Positions 49,802-60,406 are shown, counted from the first letter of the stretch. The stretch: DNA of 64,000 nucleotides from an uncultured Ignavibacteria bacterium (GCA_937127445.1 CAKZLY010000003.1:5100-69099); one strand, 5' to 3'. Notes: a model not told the origin generated them from the letters alone. Numbers and translations: made by a program.

Positions 49802-51805
49802 ATGAGAACGGCTATAATAATAGCGATAATTGCATTCAACGCGATAGTACTTTGTGGTGAAAAGATTTATTGGGCTGATAGTTTGATTGCAGTATCATCG
49901 GAAGCAAGGTTTGTAAATGCAAGCAAAACAGCTTTCAAAGGAATGCAAGCTCTTGGCAAACCGAATATAATGCCCGATTTTGGTGTTAGTCCGTGTGCGT
50001 GGATGCCTGATTATGCCCGCAATGGGATGGAATGGATAAAAGTAGGGTTTAAGAAGCCTATTACGGCAAGTAAATTATTTATTTATGAAAGTTATAATCC
50101 TGGTGCTATCTCAAAAGTTATTGTGTTCGATGAATACGAGAATGAGAAAATTGTATATAACAATTTAAATCCAATGCCAATTCAAGAAACTGGACGAGTG
50201 ATGAGTGTTTCGTTTGCGAAAATAATCGTAAAAGCAGTGAGAATTGAAATCACAACGGTGAATTATAAAGACTATTATCAGATTGATGCTATTGGCATCT
50301 GTGATTGTACGGATGATTATTTCCTCAAAATTAATCTACCTGAAAATGCAACTTATGAAGAAAGAACAAATTTAGGTGAAAATGTAAATTCAAATTATTC
50401 CGAGCTGTGTCCAATAATTACACCTGACGGGACAACGCTATTTTTCACGCGGGACCAACATCCTGAAAACATTGGTGAGAACAAAGACCAGGATATTTGG
50501 TATTCGACTATGGATAGTGTAGGAAATTTTTCACAAGCGAAAAATATAAATTTTCCAATAAATAATGAGTGGAATAATTTTGCAGTTGGGATCTCACAAG
50601 ATGGGAATGTGTTGTATTTAGGCAATATTTACAATGCGGGCGGAACGCAATCAAAAGGACTGTCTCGCTCGTTTCTGACAGATAGTGGATGGTCTTTTCC
50701 TGAAAAAATTGAGATAGAGGATTACTATAATTTGGGGCGTTTTTCGAGCTTTTCTTTTTCTACAAATGGGAAAGTGCTTATAATGTCGGTTGAACGTCGA
50801 AACGGATTTGGTGAGAACGATTTATATGTGAGTTTTTTGCAGGAAAATAGAGTGTGGAGCAAACCGGTAAATTTGGGTCCCGACATCAACACAGCGGCAT
50901 CGGAGGACACTCCATTTTTAGCAGCAGATGGAGCAACTTTGTATTTTTCAAGCTCTGGACATTTAGGATATGGCTCGAATGATATGTTTGTTGCAAGACG
51001 TCTCGATGAAAGCTGGCAAAAATGGACAGAACCGATGAATTTAGGGAAACCAATAAACAGTCGTGGATGGGATGGATATTATTCACTCCCGGCGTCAGGT
51101 GAATATGCTTATTTTGTTTCGACCGAAAACAGTATTGGACGGGAGGACATTTTCAAAATTAAGCTTCCTTCTGAATTTCGCCCATACAATGTAGTTCTAA
51201 TTAAAGGAAAAGTGCTTAATGCTAAAACTAAAAAACCAGTGGAAGCCACAATCAAGTATGAATATTTAGCAAATGGTCAGAATGCAGGAATTGCGAAGTC
51301 AAATTCTAAAACTGGGGAATATGTCATTACTTTGCCAGGTGGGCACCGCTATGCTTATTACGCAGTAGCAAATGAATTTCTAGCATTAAATGAAAACATT
51401 GATTTAAGCAGTTTGGAGCAATACAAAGAAATCAGGAAAGATTTGCTGCTTGTTCCAATTGAAATAGGTCAGAAAGTAGTTCTGAACAATATATTTTTCG
51501 AATACGGTAAATATGAGCTATTGGAAGAATCCTTTGCTGAGCTTGAAAGAGTAAAGAAATTTATGCTTGAATATCCACATATTAAAATAACAATCGAGGG
51601 ACATACCGATAATATCGGGACGCTTCAATATAACATGCAGTTATCGCTAAATAGAGCAAAAGCAGTTCGAGACTGGTTAGTGGCAAATGGGATAGAATCC
51701 AGTAGGATAAAATATAAAGGCTATGGACCGAAGAAACCTATTGCAAATAACTCAACAGAGGAAGGTCGTAGCCAGAATAGACGCGTCGAATTTGAACTTG
51801 AATAA
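49802..51805 (+). CDS. OmpA-family protein with PD40/TolB-like repeats and a CarboxypepD_reg-like domain
   Basis: 667 aa with a signal peptide. There are several PD40-like segments (ELCPIITPDGTTLFFTRD, EDTPFLAADGATLYFSS). The C-terminal OmpA domain reads ITIEGHTDNIG...NLQLSLNRA...NRRVEFEL. Confidence 0.8.
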   Translation: MRTAIIIAIIAFNAIVLCGEKIYWADSLIAVSSEARFVNASKTAFKGMQALGKPNIMPDFGVSPCAWMPDYARNGMEWIKVGFKKPITASKLFIYESYNPGAISKVIVFDEYENEKIVYNNLNPMPIQETGRVMSVSFAKIIVKAVRIEITTVNYKDYYQIDAIGICDCTDDYFLKINLPENATYEERTNLGENVNSNYSELCPIITPDGTTLFFTRDQHPENIGENKDQDIWYSTMDSVGNFSQAKNINFPINNEWNNFAVGISQDGNVLYLGNIYNAGGTQSKGLSRSFLTDSGWSFPEKIEIEDYYNLGRFSSFSFSTNGKVLIMSVERRNGFGENDLYVSFLQENRVWSKPVNLGPDINTAASEDTPFLAADGATLYFSSSGHLGYGSNDMFVARRLDESWQKWTEPMNLGKPINSRGWDGYYSLPASGEYAYFVSTENSIGREDIFKIKLPSEFRPYNVVLIKGKVLNAKTKKPVEATIKYEYLANGQNAGIAKSNSKTGEYVITLPGGHRYAYYAVANEFLALNENIDLSSLEQYKEIRKDLLLVPIEIGQKVVLNNIFFEYGKYELLEESFAELERVKKFMLEYPHIKITIEGHTDNIGTLQYNMQLSLNRAKAVRDWLVANGIESSRIKYKGYGPKKPIANNSTEEGRSQNRRVEFELE

Positions 51806-51811
51806 AAATAG

Positions 51812-53554
51812 TTACATTGGTTGAATTTTAATGTTTACGCGCCGCTTTTGTTTATCGGGGAGAGTACTATTATCAACACCTTTGCCTTCTATTTTCCAGA
51901 TAATTTTACTATTTAAATTCGGATTTTTAAGGCTAATGTAACGCTCGAAATATTTGGCAGTGTAGTAAGCACGCAGAAGCGAAAGAAGATCGTTGTCCAT
52001 TTTCTCACCGCGTTTGACAAAGATACCGAATTTTTCATCTTCAATATCTGCATCAGGAAAAATTGCTTTGGGATTAATTGAACGTGGGTCTGCAAATCCA
52101 TACATCACAACTTGAATCTTAATGTCGTCTTTTTCCAAACAATTATCGTTAAGAAGAGAAACAATATCGTAAAGTTTTTCAGCTGCATCAGTCAATGCTT
52201 TTTCAACTTCCTCGGTAAATGAATCATAGATTTCACCGGGACGCTCGATATATTTGGTTTGTTCATTAATGCCAATCAGATTATAAGCAAATTTTAGGCG
52301 TAGTGCTTCGAGATTTTCTCGCGTGTTTGGCTGATAGTACCCAGTAACAAAGAATGGGACTTTGATTTCAACTAAATCAAATTCCTCGACGGGATTAAAT
52401 TCAAACATCGTTCGTATAACCACAACAGAGCTATCAGAACAAGGGGCATGAATTTCTCTTTCAGCAGAATATTTTGAATTACAATCATTTTCGTAACGAA
52501 TTGTATAGCGGCGATTTGGAATTACATCAAACTTGAAAACACCAAAGGCTGAAACATCTTGTGTTGCAACGATATTGTTTTCACTATCGAAAAGGTATGC
52601 TTTGCCGCCAAGTGGGAAATTTGGGAAGCGGGAAGTAACATAACATTCGATTTTAGCGGGACCGCATAAATCAAAAGCGTAGAGGTCTTTGCCGCCACAA
52701 CCGTTCGGTCTGTTTGATGAAACGAAGATTTTATCTTTGAAAATCGCTGGACCAGTATCATCAGAAAGAGAGTTTATCGGCGGTGGCATAAGTTTCGGAT
52801 TAGTCCATTTCGCATAACCAGATGGAGTTGCTTTGACGATGTTATAGACTTTTGCGTTAGAATAGCCCTGAGAAGAAAAGTACAAAATCCCATCTTCCGA
52901 CACAAACGGAGAAAGTTCGTTCGCTTCGGTATTAATTTCTGCAAGGTTACGAGGAGATGACCAATTGCCTTGATTGTCACGAAGTGAAACATAGAGGTCC
53001 AGTCCACCTTTACCACCGGGTCTGTCGGAACTGAAAATGAGTATTTTTCCGTCAGGTGAAATAAACGGGTGGGATTCAAAATGTTCGGTATTTATTGATT
53101 TTGCATTTTGGGGTTTAGTCCAGCTCTCCCCTATTTTTTCGGCAAGGAACAAATCTCTGTTGATTTTATTGCTGCTGCGAGTGTTTGCTGCAAACCACAT
53201 CTCTAAATTACCAGAAATAGGATTATAGCAAAAGCTTGGAGAACTAACGTTTTGGAATGAACCTATTGGCAAATCATTAACAACTTTTGGGCGTGAAAAT
53301 TTGCCGTCGGCAAATTCGCTTCTATAGATTGTTTCATTGATTTTCTTTTGCCGATTGGAAACTGTATAATAAAATGAATTTTCCCAAAAAGTTGGCGAAT
53401 ATTCGTCATTATCGGTATTAAATGGAGAAGAGATATTTCCTTCGGAAGGAACTTTTGGACAAGTACCCGAAGATGCGCAACCTACCAGAACAGCTGATAC
53501 AAGCAACCACAGTAGTATTTTTCTATTCATCATCGTCCTAATGTAAATTTTCAT
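51812..53554 (-). CDS. PD40/TolB-like repeat lipoprotein with a divergent C-terminal domain
   Basis: 580 aa with the lipobox LVGCASS. PD40-like segments include DEYSPTFWENSFYYT, ESHPFISPDGKILIFSSDR and ELSPFVSEDGILYFSS. The C-terminal end ...QKRRVNIKIQ is faintly OmpA-like. Confidence 0.65.
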   Translation of the reverse strand: MKIYIRTMMNRKILLWLLVSAVLVGCASSGTCPKVPSEGNISSPFNTDNDEYSPTFWENSFYYTVSNRQKKINETIYRSEFADGKFSRPKVVNDLPIGSFQNVSSPSFCYNPISGNLEMWFAANTRSSNKINRDLFLAEKIGESWTKPQNAKSINTEHFESHPFISPDGKILIFSSDRPGGKGGLDLYVSLRDNQGNWSSPRNLAEINTEANELSPFVSEDGILYFSSQGYSNAKVYNIVKATPSGYAKWTNPKLMPPPINSLSDDTGPAIFKDKIFVSSNRPNGCGGKDLYAFDLCGPAKIECYVTSRFPNFPLGGKAYLFDSENNIVATQDVSAFGVFKFDVIPNRRYTIRYENDCNSKYSAEREIHAPCSDSSVVVIRTMFEFNPVEEFDLVEIKVPFFVTGYYQPNTRENLEALRLKFAYNLIGINEQTKYIERPGEIYDSFTEEVEKALTDAAEKLYDIVSLLNDNCLEKDDIKIQVVMYGFADPRSINPKAIFPDADIEDEKFGIFVKRGEKMDNDLLSLLRAYYTAKYFERYISLKNPNLNSKIIWKIEGKGVDNSTLPDKQKRRVNIKIQPM

Positions 53555-53665
53555 TACATACTTATCGACAAAATAATAGAAATATTAATGCCAAATTTTT
53601 TGGTAAATTTAATTGTAATTTTATTAAGTTAGGGAATAATTCCTTGATAATTCGAAGGTTCCAAA

Positions 53666-55153
53666 ATGAAAAATTACTATTTTTTACTAATAGTTTTGGG
53701 GATTGCAATATTTTTGGGTGCAACTTATTACAAAATATCGCCACCCCTATACATTATCAAGCAATATAATTTGAATTATGAACAAAAATCGATGACAGAA
53801 TTGAACGATAGAGAAGTAGAAATATTAGACAGTATATTAAAAGCAAGAGGGATTAATTATCGTTCTGCTGATGCTGATAAAATTTACGACAGTCTGTTAG
53901 CAGTTAAAACTTCATCCGAGGTCAAGCAGTTACTCAAATTGAAAGAAGATGAATATTTTATAAAAACTAAGAAAGACAGTATAATTATTATAAAAAATTC
54001 AGAAGGGATTAATTTTATTCGAGAAATTTGCAAAGCTCGAAGTCAAACAGAGATATTCGAGAAATATAAAAAAAATATAAGCAAAAACAGTTATGATATT
54101 GTTTTGTATTTCACGGGAAAAGATCTGCCGATAGATATTTCAGGAAAGGAGATAAATGGAGGGAGACGGTATTTTATTGCAACCGAAGATTACAAATATT
54201 TTTTGATACTGATAAAAGTCAATGAATTGTACACAGCAGCAGAGTTAATAGACAAGGGATATTTGCAAGACAATACTAAAATTTCAATTCCAGAAGACAT
54301 TTTGTACCCGTATAGAGATAAGAGATTTTGGATTTTACCGATAATGCTTCTCTTAGCATTATTTCCTATGTTTTCAACATTAAAACCGAAAGAAGATGTT
54401 GGAAATCTAAATAGGCTGCCGGAATTAACGAAAATATTAGATAGACAAATAACTATCGCAAGGGTATGGCTTTTTCTGGCAATATTTTGTATTGTGGGAG
54501 TTTGTGCTGTGATATTTTCCGAGATGAATATAGCAGAAGGCGGTGGAGCAATAATTTTTATTGGAAGTTTTCTTTCATTGACAAGCATAATTGTGTTTTT
54601 CTATTATCGCAAACGTGCGGGACAACTCTCGAGAATTCTTTCAGGAGAAGATGTTTTGGCAAAGTGGGAGTATGATTTATTTTTCTGGCAAAATTTTGTA
54701 GATAAGTATTTGCAGAATTATCTTTCTATGAATAAATCTACTTTTCTATTGGTTTCGGTAATAATAGTAATAATATTTGGAATTTTTATGATAGCCGATC
54801 CTGAAGTTGCTGATACGATGGGAATTATAGGACTAGGACTGATTGCATTGGTTACTATTGTAGCTTATATTTCGCCCAAAATCTCCGCGAAAAACCTTTT
54901 AAAGTCGCGGCCTATAGCAATTATTGGAAATAACTGCATATTGATTGGGAAGCAGTTTCACAGCTGGGGGACGTTTGGGAATAGGTTAGAAAATGCTAAG
55001 ATTAGTAAAGAAGAAACAGAAATGCTGGAAGTGCAGTATTCATATCGGACAAAGTATGGTCGCACAACTGTAACAGTGCTTGTTCCGATACCCAATGGCA
55101 AATTAGAAGAAGCACAGGAGGTAGCAAAAAAATTAGAGAACAAAAGGGATTAG
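53666..55153 (+). CDS. hypothetical multi-pass membrane protein
   Basis: 495 aa. An N-terminal TM is followed by a soluble region of about 200 aa, then two units of a TM hairpin plus a soluble segment. No recognisable catalytic motif. Confidence 0.55.
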   Translation: MKNYYFLLIVLGIAIFLGATYYKISPPLYIIKQYNLNYEQKSMTELNDREVEILDSILKARGINYRSADADKIYDSLLAVKTSSEVKQLLKLKEDEYFIKTKKDSIIIIKNSEGINFIREICKARSQTEIFEKYKKNISKNSYDIVLYFTGKDLPIDISGKEINGGRRYFIATEDYKYFLILIKVNELYTAAELIDKGYLQDNTKISIPEDILYPYRDKRFWILPIMLLLALFPMFSTLKPKEDVGNLNRLPELTKILDRQITIARVWLFLAIFCIVGVCAVIFSEMNIAEGGGAIIFIGSFLSLTSIIVFFYYRKRAGQLSRILSGEDVLAKWEYDLFFWQNFVDKYLQNYLSMNKSTFLLVSVIIVIIFGIFMIADPEVADTMGIIGLGLIALVTIVAYISPKISAKNLLKSRPIAIIGNNCILIGKQFHSWGTFGNRLENAKISKEETEMLEVQYSYRTKYGRTTVTVLVPIPNGKLEEAQEVAKKLENKRD

Positions 55154-55176
55154 TAAAGAAATATCATTATTAAATA

Positions 55177-55205
55177 TAAAAAGTGGCTCTGATGAGCCAC
55201 TTTTT
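55177..55205. terminator. bidirectional terminator between convergent genes
   Basis: A 7-bp GC-rich stem (gtggctc / gagccac) closes a 4-nt loop, flanked by A5-6 and T5. Confidence 0.8.
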
Positions 55206-55231
55206 ATTAATAGAATGTTTCATTCAGTTGA

Positions 55232-56017
55232 TTAGTTACCTGGAACAGCAGCTGGTTGTTGTTGCTGTTGTTCGGCGGCTTCGCGTTTCAAACGCCAATA
55301 GCGGCGCTCAGCTTTGATTTCTTCTGGAGTTTTAGGACCTGCTGGTGGGATTTTAAGGACTTGCCCTGGGAAAATAATGTCAGGGTTGCGAATTTGGTCA
55401 GTGTTTGCTTGCCAGATTTTTGGCCACTGGAGAGGATCGCCATAGATCTCCATTTTGCCAGAAATGTTCCACAAGCAGTCGCGGTTTTCTGCCCAAGTGC
55501 CAACTGTGTAGGTGGTGATTTTCTTTTCGCGATAAAGACCGCGAATATCACGACCAAGTTGTACCATTCTATCGAAGAACTTAGGCATAATTGAAATTTT
55601 ATTTTTTCTTAGTTCACGATATTCCTTTTCCAGCGCTTCGACATCGCTTCTGCGGTCAGCAAGTTGGTCGTCGTTAAGTCTTTTCATATCGCGAACTTTG
55701 CCTTCGAGGACACCTAATTTTTGAGCAAAAGCGTCGATTTCAGCATCAGTAACGCCTAAAATACGTTTAATTTCATCATTGCAATCGCGAAGAGCAGCAT
55801 TTACATTTTTTAATTCGATTTCAAGTTCTTCGTATTTTGCATTCAACTCATTTAATTTAGTTTCCAGCGAAGATACTCTGGACTGGAAGTCCTGAATACG
55901 AAGTTCAGCTTCTTTGCGAGTAAGTTCAGCATCAGGTTTGCTTGCAGGTGGCATTTGAGCAAACGCGAAAACACCTGATAAAAATAATATACTAATTATT
56001 GTTAAAATCTTTTTCAT
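55232..56017 (-). CDS. secreted coiled-coil protein with a C-terminal LysM peptidoglycan-binding domain
   Basis: 261 aa with a signal peptide and about 130 aa of heptad-like coiled coil. A LysM-like segment (DCLWNISGK...IIFPGQVLKIP) is followed by a Q/P-rich tail. Confidence 0.7.
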   Translation of the reverse strand: MKKILTIISILFLSGVFAFAQMPPASKPDAELTRKEAELRIQDFQSRVSSLETKLNELNAKYEELEIELKNVNAALRDCNDEIKRILGVTDAEIDAFAQKLGVLEGKVRDMKRLNDDQLADRRSDVEALEKEYRELRKNKISIMPKFFDRMVQLGRDIRGLYREKKITTYTVGTWAENRDCLWNISGKMEIYGDPLQWPKIWQANTDQIRNPDIIFPGQVLKIPPAGPKTPEEIKAERRYWRLKREAAEQQQQQPAAVPGN

Positions 56018-56059
56018 ATTTCTCCATTAATTGAATGTTTCACATTATAATTCAAGAAA

Positions 56060-56350
56060 TTAATCCTGCCAAACATTTGGCCATTGAGATAGTTTTTGCT
56101 TAACAAATTCACGATCTTTTTCGCAGTTTTTGAGTTCATTTTTACGGGCATTAATTTCACTTTGGATTTTGTTAATTTCTTGCTGTTTGTTAGAAATTTG
56201 TGCGTTAAGTTGACTTTCGCGTTTGCGTAATTCTTGCAACTGCATTAGCTGCTCCTCTGTTATCATTCTTGTGCAATCAGTAAGCAAAGACGAGAAGAGA
56301 ACTAACATTGAAGAAAGCCCGAAAATTGAGATGAGCTTTTTAAATTTCAT
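56060..56350 (-). CDS. small coiled-coil lipoprotein
   Basis: The start is moved to the ATG at 56350, preceded by AGGAGG. It has the lipobox LLTDC, about 60 aa of coiled coil, and a C-terminal SQWPNVWQD. Confidence 0.55.
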   Translation of the reverse strand: MKFKKLISIFGLSSMLVLFSSLLTDCTRMITEEQLMQLQELRKRESQLNAQISNKQQEINKIQSEINARKNELKNCEKDREFVKQKLSQWPNVWQD

Positions 56351-56631
56351 AAATCCTCCTTGTAGGGGTTTAATAAACAAATATTATAATAATTAAATGA
56401 TGTCAAACTCTATCAAATCTTATGAATAAAAACAAAAATCGTAATTTTCTACAATTATGTCCTAATAAAAATAACAAATTTCAATTAATAAAAACAACAA
56501 AAAAATTACTAATAGAAGTTAATTATTTAATAAACGAAATATTTGTATGGATTTATAAATAATAGGCTATGTATTAAAAATAATTGAGAAAAACAACGTC
56601 AATTGAAGTATTCATTTATGGAGGTTTGGGA

Positions 56632-58083
56632 ATGAAAAAATTATTATTATACTTTCAGATAACTTTAATTTTTGTAATTACGATTAATTTTTCTTTTGCT
56701 CAAATCCAAAAGCCTAAAAATGTGATTATAATGATAGGCGACGGAATGGGCGAAAATCAGGTAAAAGCTGCAAGCTACTATCTACGTGGAGATGATAATT
56801 CCCAGAGCTTTCATAAGTTTCCAATAAAATTGTTTGCATCGACTTATGCAGCAAAAGCAGGGCTAAAAGGTGAAGACTCTGATTTAGATTGGAGCATAGG
56901 ATACAATACAAAGGAAGCTTGGGGTGATTATTCGTGGATACAAAAGCAATATACTTGTTCGGGAGCATCGGGAACTGCGATTGCTTGTGGCGAAAAAACC
57001 TATAATGGTGCAATTGGTATGGATATAAATAAAAAGCCAATTGAAAATTTATCAGAAGTTGCCAAAAAGTTGCAAAAATCTGCGGGAGTTGTAACTACTG
57101 TAATGTGGAGCCACGCAACGCCAGCTGTATTTGTTGCTCACAACGAACACAGGAACAACTATTCAGAAATTGCAAAAGAAATGCTTTTGGACAGCAAAGT
57201 TGATGTTATTATTGGAGCAGGTCACCCATATTACAATCATGATGGTGAGCGATTATCCCAAGCAAAAACTTTCAAATATGTTGGTGATAGTCTGATATGG
57301 ATAGGATTAACCCAAAAATCAACTGAATTTATTGTTAATGGAAAGAAGAAGACTGTCGCAGATATTGATGGGGACAACGTTCCTGACGCCTGGTATTTTG
57401 TCGAGAAGAAGCAAGATTTTGAGAAAATTGCATGTGGAGAATTTATTCCTAAAAGATTGCTTGGAGTGGCACAAGTTGCTGAAACATTCCAACAAAGAAG
57501 GAAGACAACGGATGACAAGTCATATTTCGAAGGCAAAGGTCAGGCAATGGAAGATGCTTACGAAGTTCCATTCAACAAGAATGTTCCTGATTTAGCAACG
57601 GTTTCACTAGCAGCGCTAAACACTCTAAATCAAAATAAGCAAGGTTTTTTCCTGATGATAGAAGGTGGAGCAATTGATTGGGCTTGTCACGGAAATCAAA
57701 AAGGACGTTTAATTGAGGAAACAGTTGATTTCTTTATTGCAATTGATAGTGTAATAGGTTGGGTAGAAAGAAACAGTAGTTGGGATGAAACACTGTTGAT
57801 TATTACAGCGGACCACGAAACTGGCTATCTGACGGGAATAGACCAAGAAAAAGCCAAACCGTTTGATAAACCTATAAAGAACAACGGAAGAGGTAAAATG
57901 CCAGATATGCAGTTTAATTCTATAAGCCATACAAATGCGCTTGTTCCTTTTTATGCAAAAGGAGCTGGTGCTAATATATTTTCTTTACTTGCAGATGAAA
58001 TAGACCAGAAAAAAGGCAAATATCTACATAATTCTGAAATTGGAGCAGGAATAAAGATACTTTGGCAAATGCCGAACAACTAA
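56632..58083 (+). CDS. alkaline phosphatase family protein (PhoA-like)
   Basis: The start is moved to the ATG at 56632, preceded by GGAGG. After a signal peptide come the metal-site motif IGDGMG, a Ser-containing active-site region (CSGASGTA), and distal motifs EGGAIDWACH and TADHETG. Confidence 0.8.
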   Translation: MKKLLLYFQITLIFVITINFSFAQIQKPKNVIIMIGDGMGENQVKAASYYLRGDDNSQSFHKFPIKLFASTYAAKAGLKGEDSDLDWSIGYNTKEAWGDYSWIQKQYTCSGASGTAIACGEKTYNGAIGMDINKKPIENLSEVAKKLQKSAGVVTTVMWSHATPAVFVAHNEHRNNYSEIAKEMLLDSKVDVIIGAGHPYYNHDGERLSQAKTFKYVGDSLIWIGLTQKSTEFIVNGKKKTVADIDGDNVPDAWYFVEKKQDFEKIACGEFIPKRLLGVAQVAETFQQRRKTTDDKSYFEGKGQAMEDAYEVPFNKNVPDLATVSLAALNTLNQNKQGFFLMIEGGAIDWACHGNQKGRLIEETVDFFIAIDSVIGWVERNSSWDETLLIITADHETGYLTGIDQEKAKPFDKPIKNNGRGKMPDMQFNSISHTNALVPFYAKGAGANIFSLLADEIDQKKGKYLHNSEIGAGIKILWQMPNN

Positions 58084-59444
58084 ATTCGTTCGGCAATTGC
58101 TTTTAGAATTTCTTTTGCTGCTTGAAGTTTGGGTAAAGGCATAAATTTTGTTTCTTTGCCAAATTTATCAATAATTGTAATGGTGTTTTTATCACCGCCA
58201 AATCCACTATCGGGAACATTCGCTAAATTGGCAACAATTAAGTCACAATTTTTTTCTTGGAGTTTACGTTTGGCATTTTCGAGAAGGTTATCTGTTTCGA
58301 GAGCAAATCCAACGATAAATTGGTGAGTTTTTGATTTACCTGCTTTAGCAAGAATATCTTTTGTGCGAACAAGTTCAATGGCAACGCTCTCCCCTACCTC
58401 TTCTTTTTTCATTTTATGTTCAAATTTGATTTTTGGAGTGAAATCAGCGACTGCGGCGGAAAATATTGCAATATCAATGTTTTGGAAATATTTCATAACT
58501 TCCTGATACATTTCCTCAGCTGATTGGACTAAAATAAAGTTGCACTTTGTAGGAGGTTCGAGCTGGGTTGGACCGGAAATCAAAATAATTTCTGCCCCAA
58601 TTTCAGCAGCAAAATTAGCAAGAGCAAAGCCCATTTTTCCTGTGGAGAAATTAGAAATAAATCGAACGCTATCGATTTTTTCGATTGTAGGACCTGCTGT
58701 AATGAGTATTTTCTTTCCCTTCAACTTATCGAAAGTCTGCAACTGCATTTTCTTTTTAAGCATTTCGAGTTCAAGTTCGGTATTCCATTTGTCTTTTTCG
58801 AGGCTTTCGTCAATTGATTCGAGCGGTTTTTCGTTCAAATTGCTAATATTATTGTCAAGATTAATCTCAGATTGATTTTCCAGGTTGTCGAGCGATTTGA
58901 AAATACGGTCCATCAAAACAGGGATGTCAGGCAAGCGACCTGGACCGATGAGCCCACTGGCAAGTTCACCTTCGGCAGGAGGAATAATTGTATATCCAAA
59001 GGATTTGAGAATACGGATATTATTTTGAGTGGCTGGATGCTGCCACATATCGAAATCCATAGCAGGAGCAATAAGCAATGGTTTTTCTGGTGGCAGAGCC
59101 ATCGCAACGCAAACGAGAGCTGTATCGCTTAATCCATTCGCAACTTTAGAAAGCGTGGTAGCCGAGCAAGGAGCAATAATCATCAGATCAGCCCATTGGG
59201 CAAGTTGAACGTGCCAAGCACCGCTTGTTTGCTTAATATCTTCGAACATCTCTACTACAACAGGGTGACGGCTAAGGCTTTCAAGTGTGGTTGTTGTAAT
59301 GAACTTTGTAGCGGCGGGAGTCATAACAACTTGCACTTCTGCACCAGCTTTGATAAGTTCACGCACAAGCAAAGCTGATTTATATGCAGCAATTGAACCT
59401 GTAACGCCAACAACAATTTTTTTATTTTTCAAAGATTTCTCCAT
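58080..59444 (-). CDS. coaBC: bifunctional phosphopantothenoylcysteine decarboxylase / phosphopantothenate-cysteine ligase
   Basis: 454 aa. The flavoprotein N-domain motif is [12 protein letters not shown]. The ligase C-domain motifs are ITAGPT...NFSTGKMG. Confidence 0.9.
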   Translation of the reverse strand: MEKSLKNKKIVVGVTGSIAAYKSALLVRELIKAGAEVQVVMTPAATKFITTTTLESLSRHPVVVEMFEDIKQTSGAWHVQLAQWADLMIIAPCSATTLSKVANGLSDTALVCVAMALPPEKPLLIAPAMDFDMWQHPATQNNIRILKSFGYTIIPPAEGELASGLIGPGRLPDIPVLMDRIFKSLDNLENQSEINLDNNISNLNEKPLESIDESLEKDKWNTELELEMLKKKMQLQTFDKLKGKKILITAGPTIEKIDSVRFISNFSTGKMGFALANFAAEIGAEIILISGPTQLEPPTKCNFILVQSAEEMYQEVMKYFQNIDIAIFSAAVADFTPKIKFEHKMKKEEVGESVAIELVRTKDILAKAGKSKTHQFIVGFALETDNLLENAKRKLQEKNCDLIVANLANVPDSGFGGDKNTITIIDKFGKETKFMPLPKLQAAKEILKAIAERI

Positions 59445-59449
59445 ATTAA

Positions 59450-60406
59450 TCAGAAATTATTGAAACATCCTTTTTTTTCGCCTTTGTATCCATTAATAAA
59501 ATCGGTTACATTAGTAATTTTTTTACCTTCAATTTGCAGTTCTTTTATAAAGATAAATCCAGTTTTGCATTTAACGCAAAACAGACCTTTCTCAATCAAA
59601 AATTCACCGGGTTTTTCCAAACCTAAAAAAACATCATTCACCGAACAATTACATTTTTCGTAGTCAGCACGGAAAATTTTCATTTTTTTGTCTTCGAAAA
59701 TTGTCCAGGCACCTGGGACAGGCGAATAACCGTGAATAAAATTGCGAACTAATTCGGCATAATCATCAAAGTTAATTTTGGCATTATGGCTAAAAATTTT
59801 AGGAGCCGAAGTAGCAAGGCTTTCGTCTTGGGGAATTGGCTTAAAGTTGCCTTTGGCAAGGAGTTCGCAAGTATCGATAGCGAGACGAGCGGCTAATGGT
59901 GCCATTAAATCATGTAAATCTCCTGCAGTAGCACCTTCTGGAATAGGAATAACAGTTTGAAGCAAAATATTGCCTGTATCAACTTTTTCTTTAATTAAAA
60001 AAGAAGTTAGACCCGTAATTTTTTCCCCATTGATAATTGCCCAATTGATTGGAGCAGCCCCACGATATTTTGGCAGTAAACTTGCGTGAATATTAAAACA
60101 ACCGAGATGAGGTATAGTGAAAACCTCTTTTGGCAAAATTCTAAAAGCAACAACAACAATAATATCTGGATTTATTGTTTTAAGAGTTTCGATAAAATCG
60201 GTATTATTAAGTTTGTCGGGTTGTAGGACCAGCAAATCAAGCTCCAGAGCAGTTTTTTTTACTGGGGAAGGTAAAACTTTATGCCCACGACCCTGAGGCT
60301 TATCGGTTGCGGTTACAACTGCTTTAACGTTATATTTCTTATTCAATTCAATAAGAGTAGGGACAGCAAATTCGGGCGTTCCCATAAAAACAATTGAAAG
60401 ACTCAT
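59450..60406 (-). CDS. fmt: methionyl-tRNA formyltransferase
   Basis: 318 aa with [10 protein letters not shown] and [18 protein letters not shown]. Confidence 0.9.
   Translation of the reverse strand: MSLSIVFMGTPEFAVPTLIELNKKYNVKAVVTATDKPQGRGHKVLPSPVKKTALELDLLVLQPDKLNNTDFIETLKTINPDIIVVVAFRILPKEVFTIPHLGCFNIHASLLPKYRGAAPINWAIINGEKITGLTSFLIKEKVDTGNILLQTVIPIPEGATAGDLHDLMAPLAARLAIDTCELLAKGNFKPIPQDESLATSAPKIFSHNAKINFDDYAELVRNFIHGYSPVPGAWTIFEDKKMKIFRADYEKCNCSVNDVFLGLEKPGEFLIEKGLFCVKCKTGFIFIKELQIEGKKITNVTDFINGYKGEKKGCFNNF

Noticed and set aside
56381-56631. Pho box upstream of the alkaline phosphatase gene
   Set aside because: I could find no tandem CTGTCAT-like direct repeats with 11-bp phasing. 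The region is nearly pure A/T, so no call can be supported.
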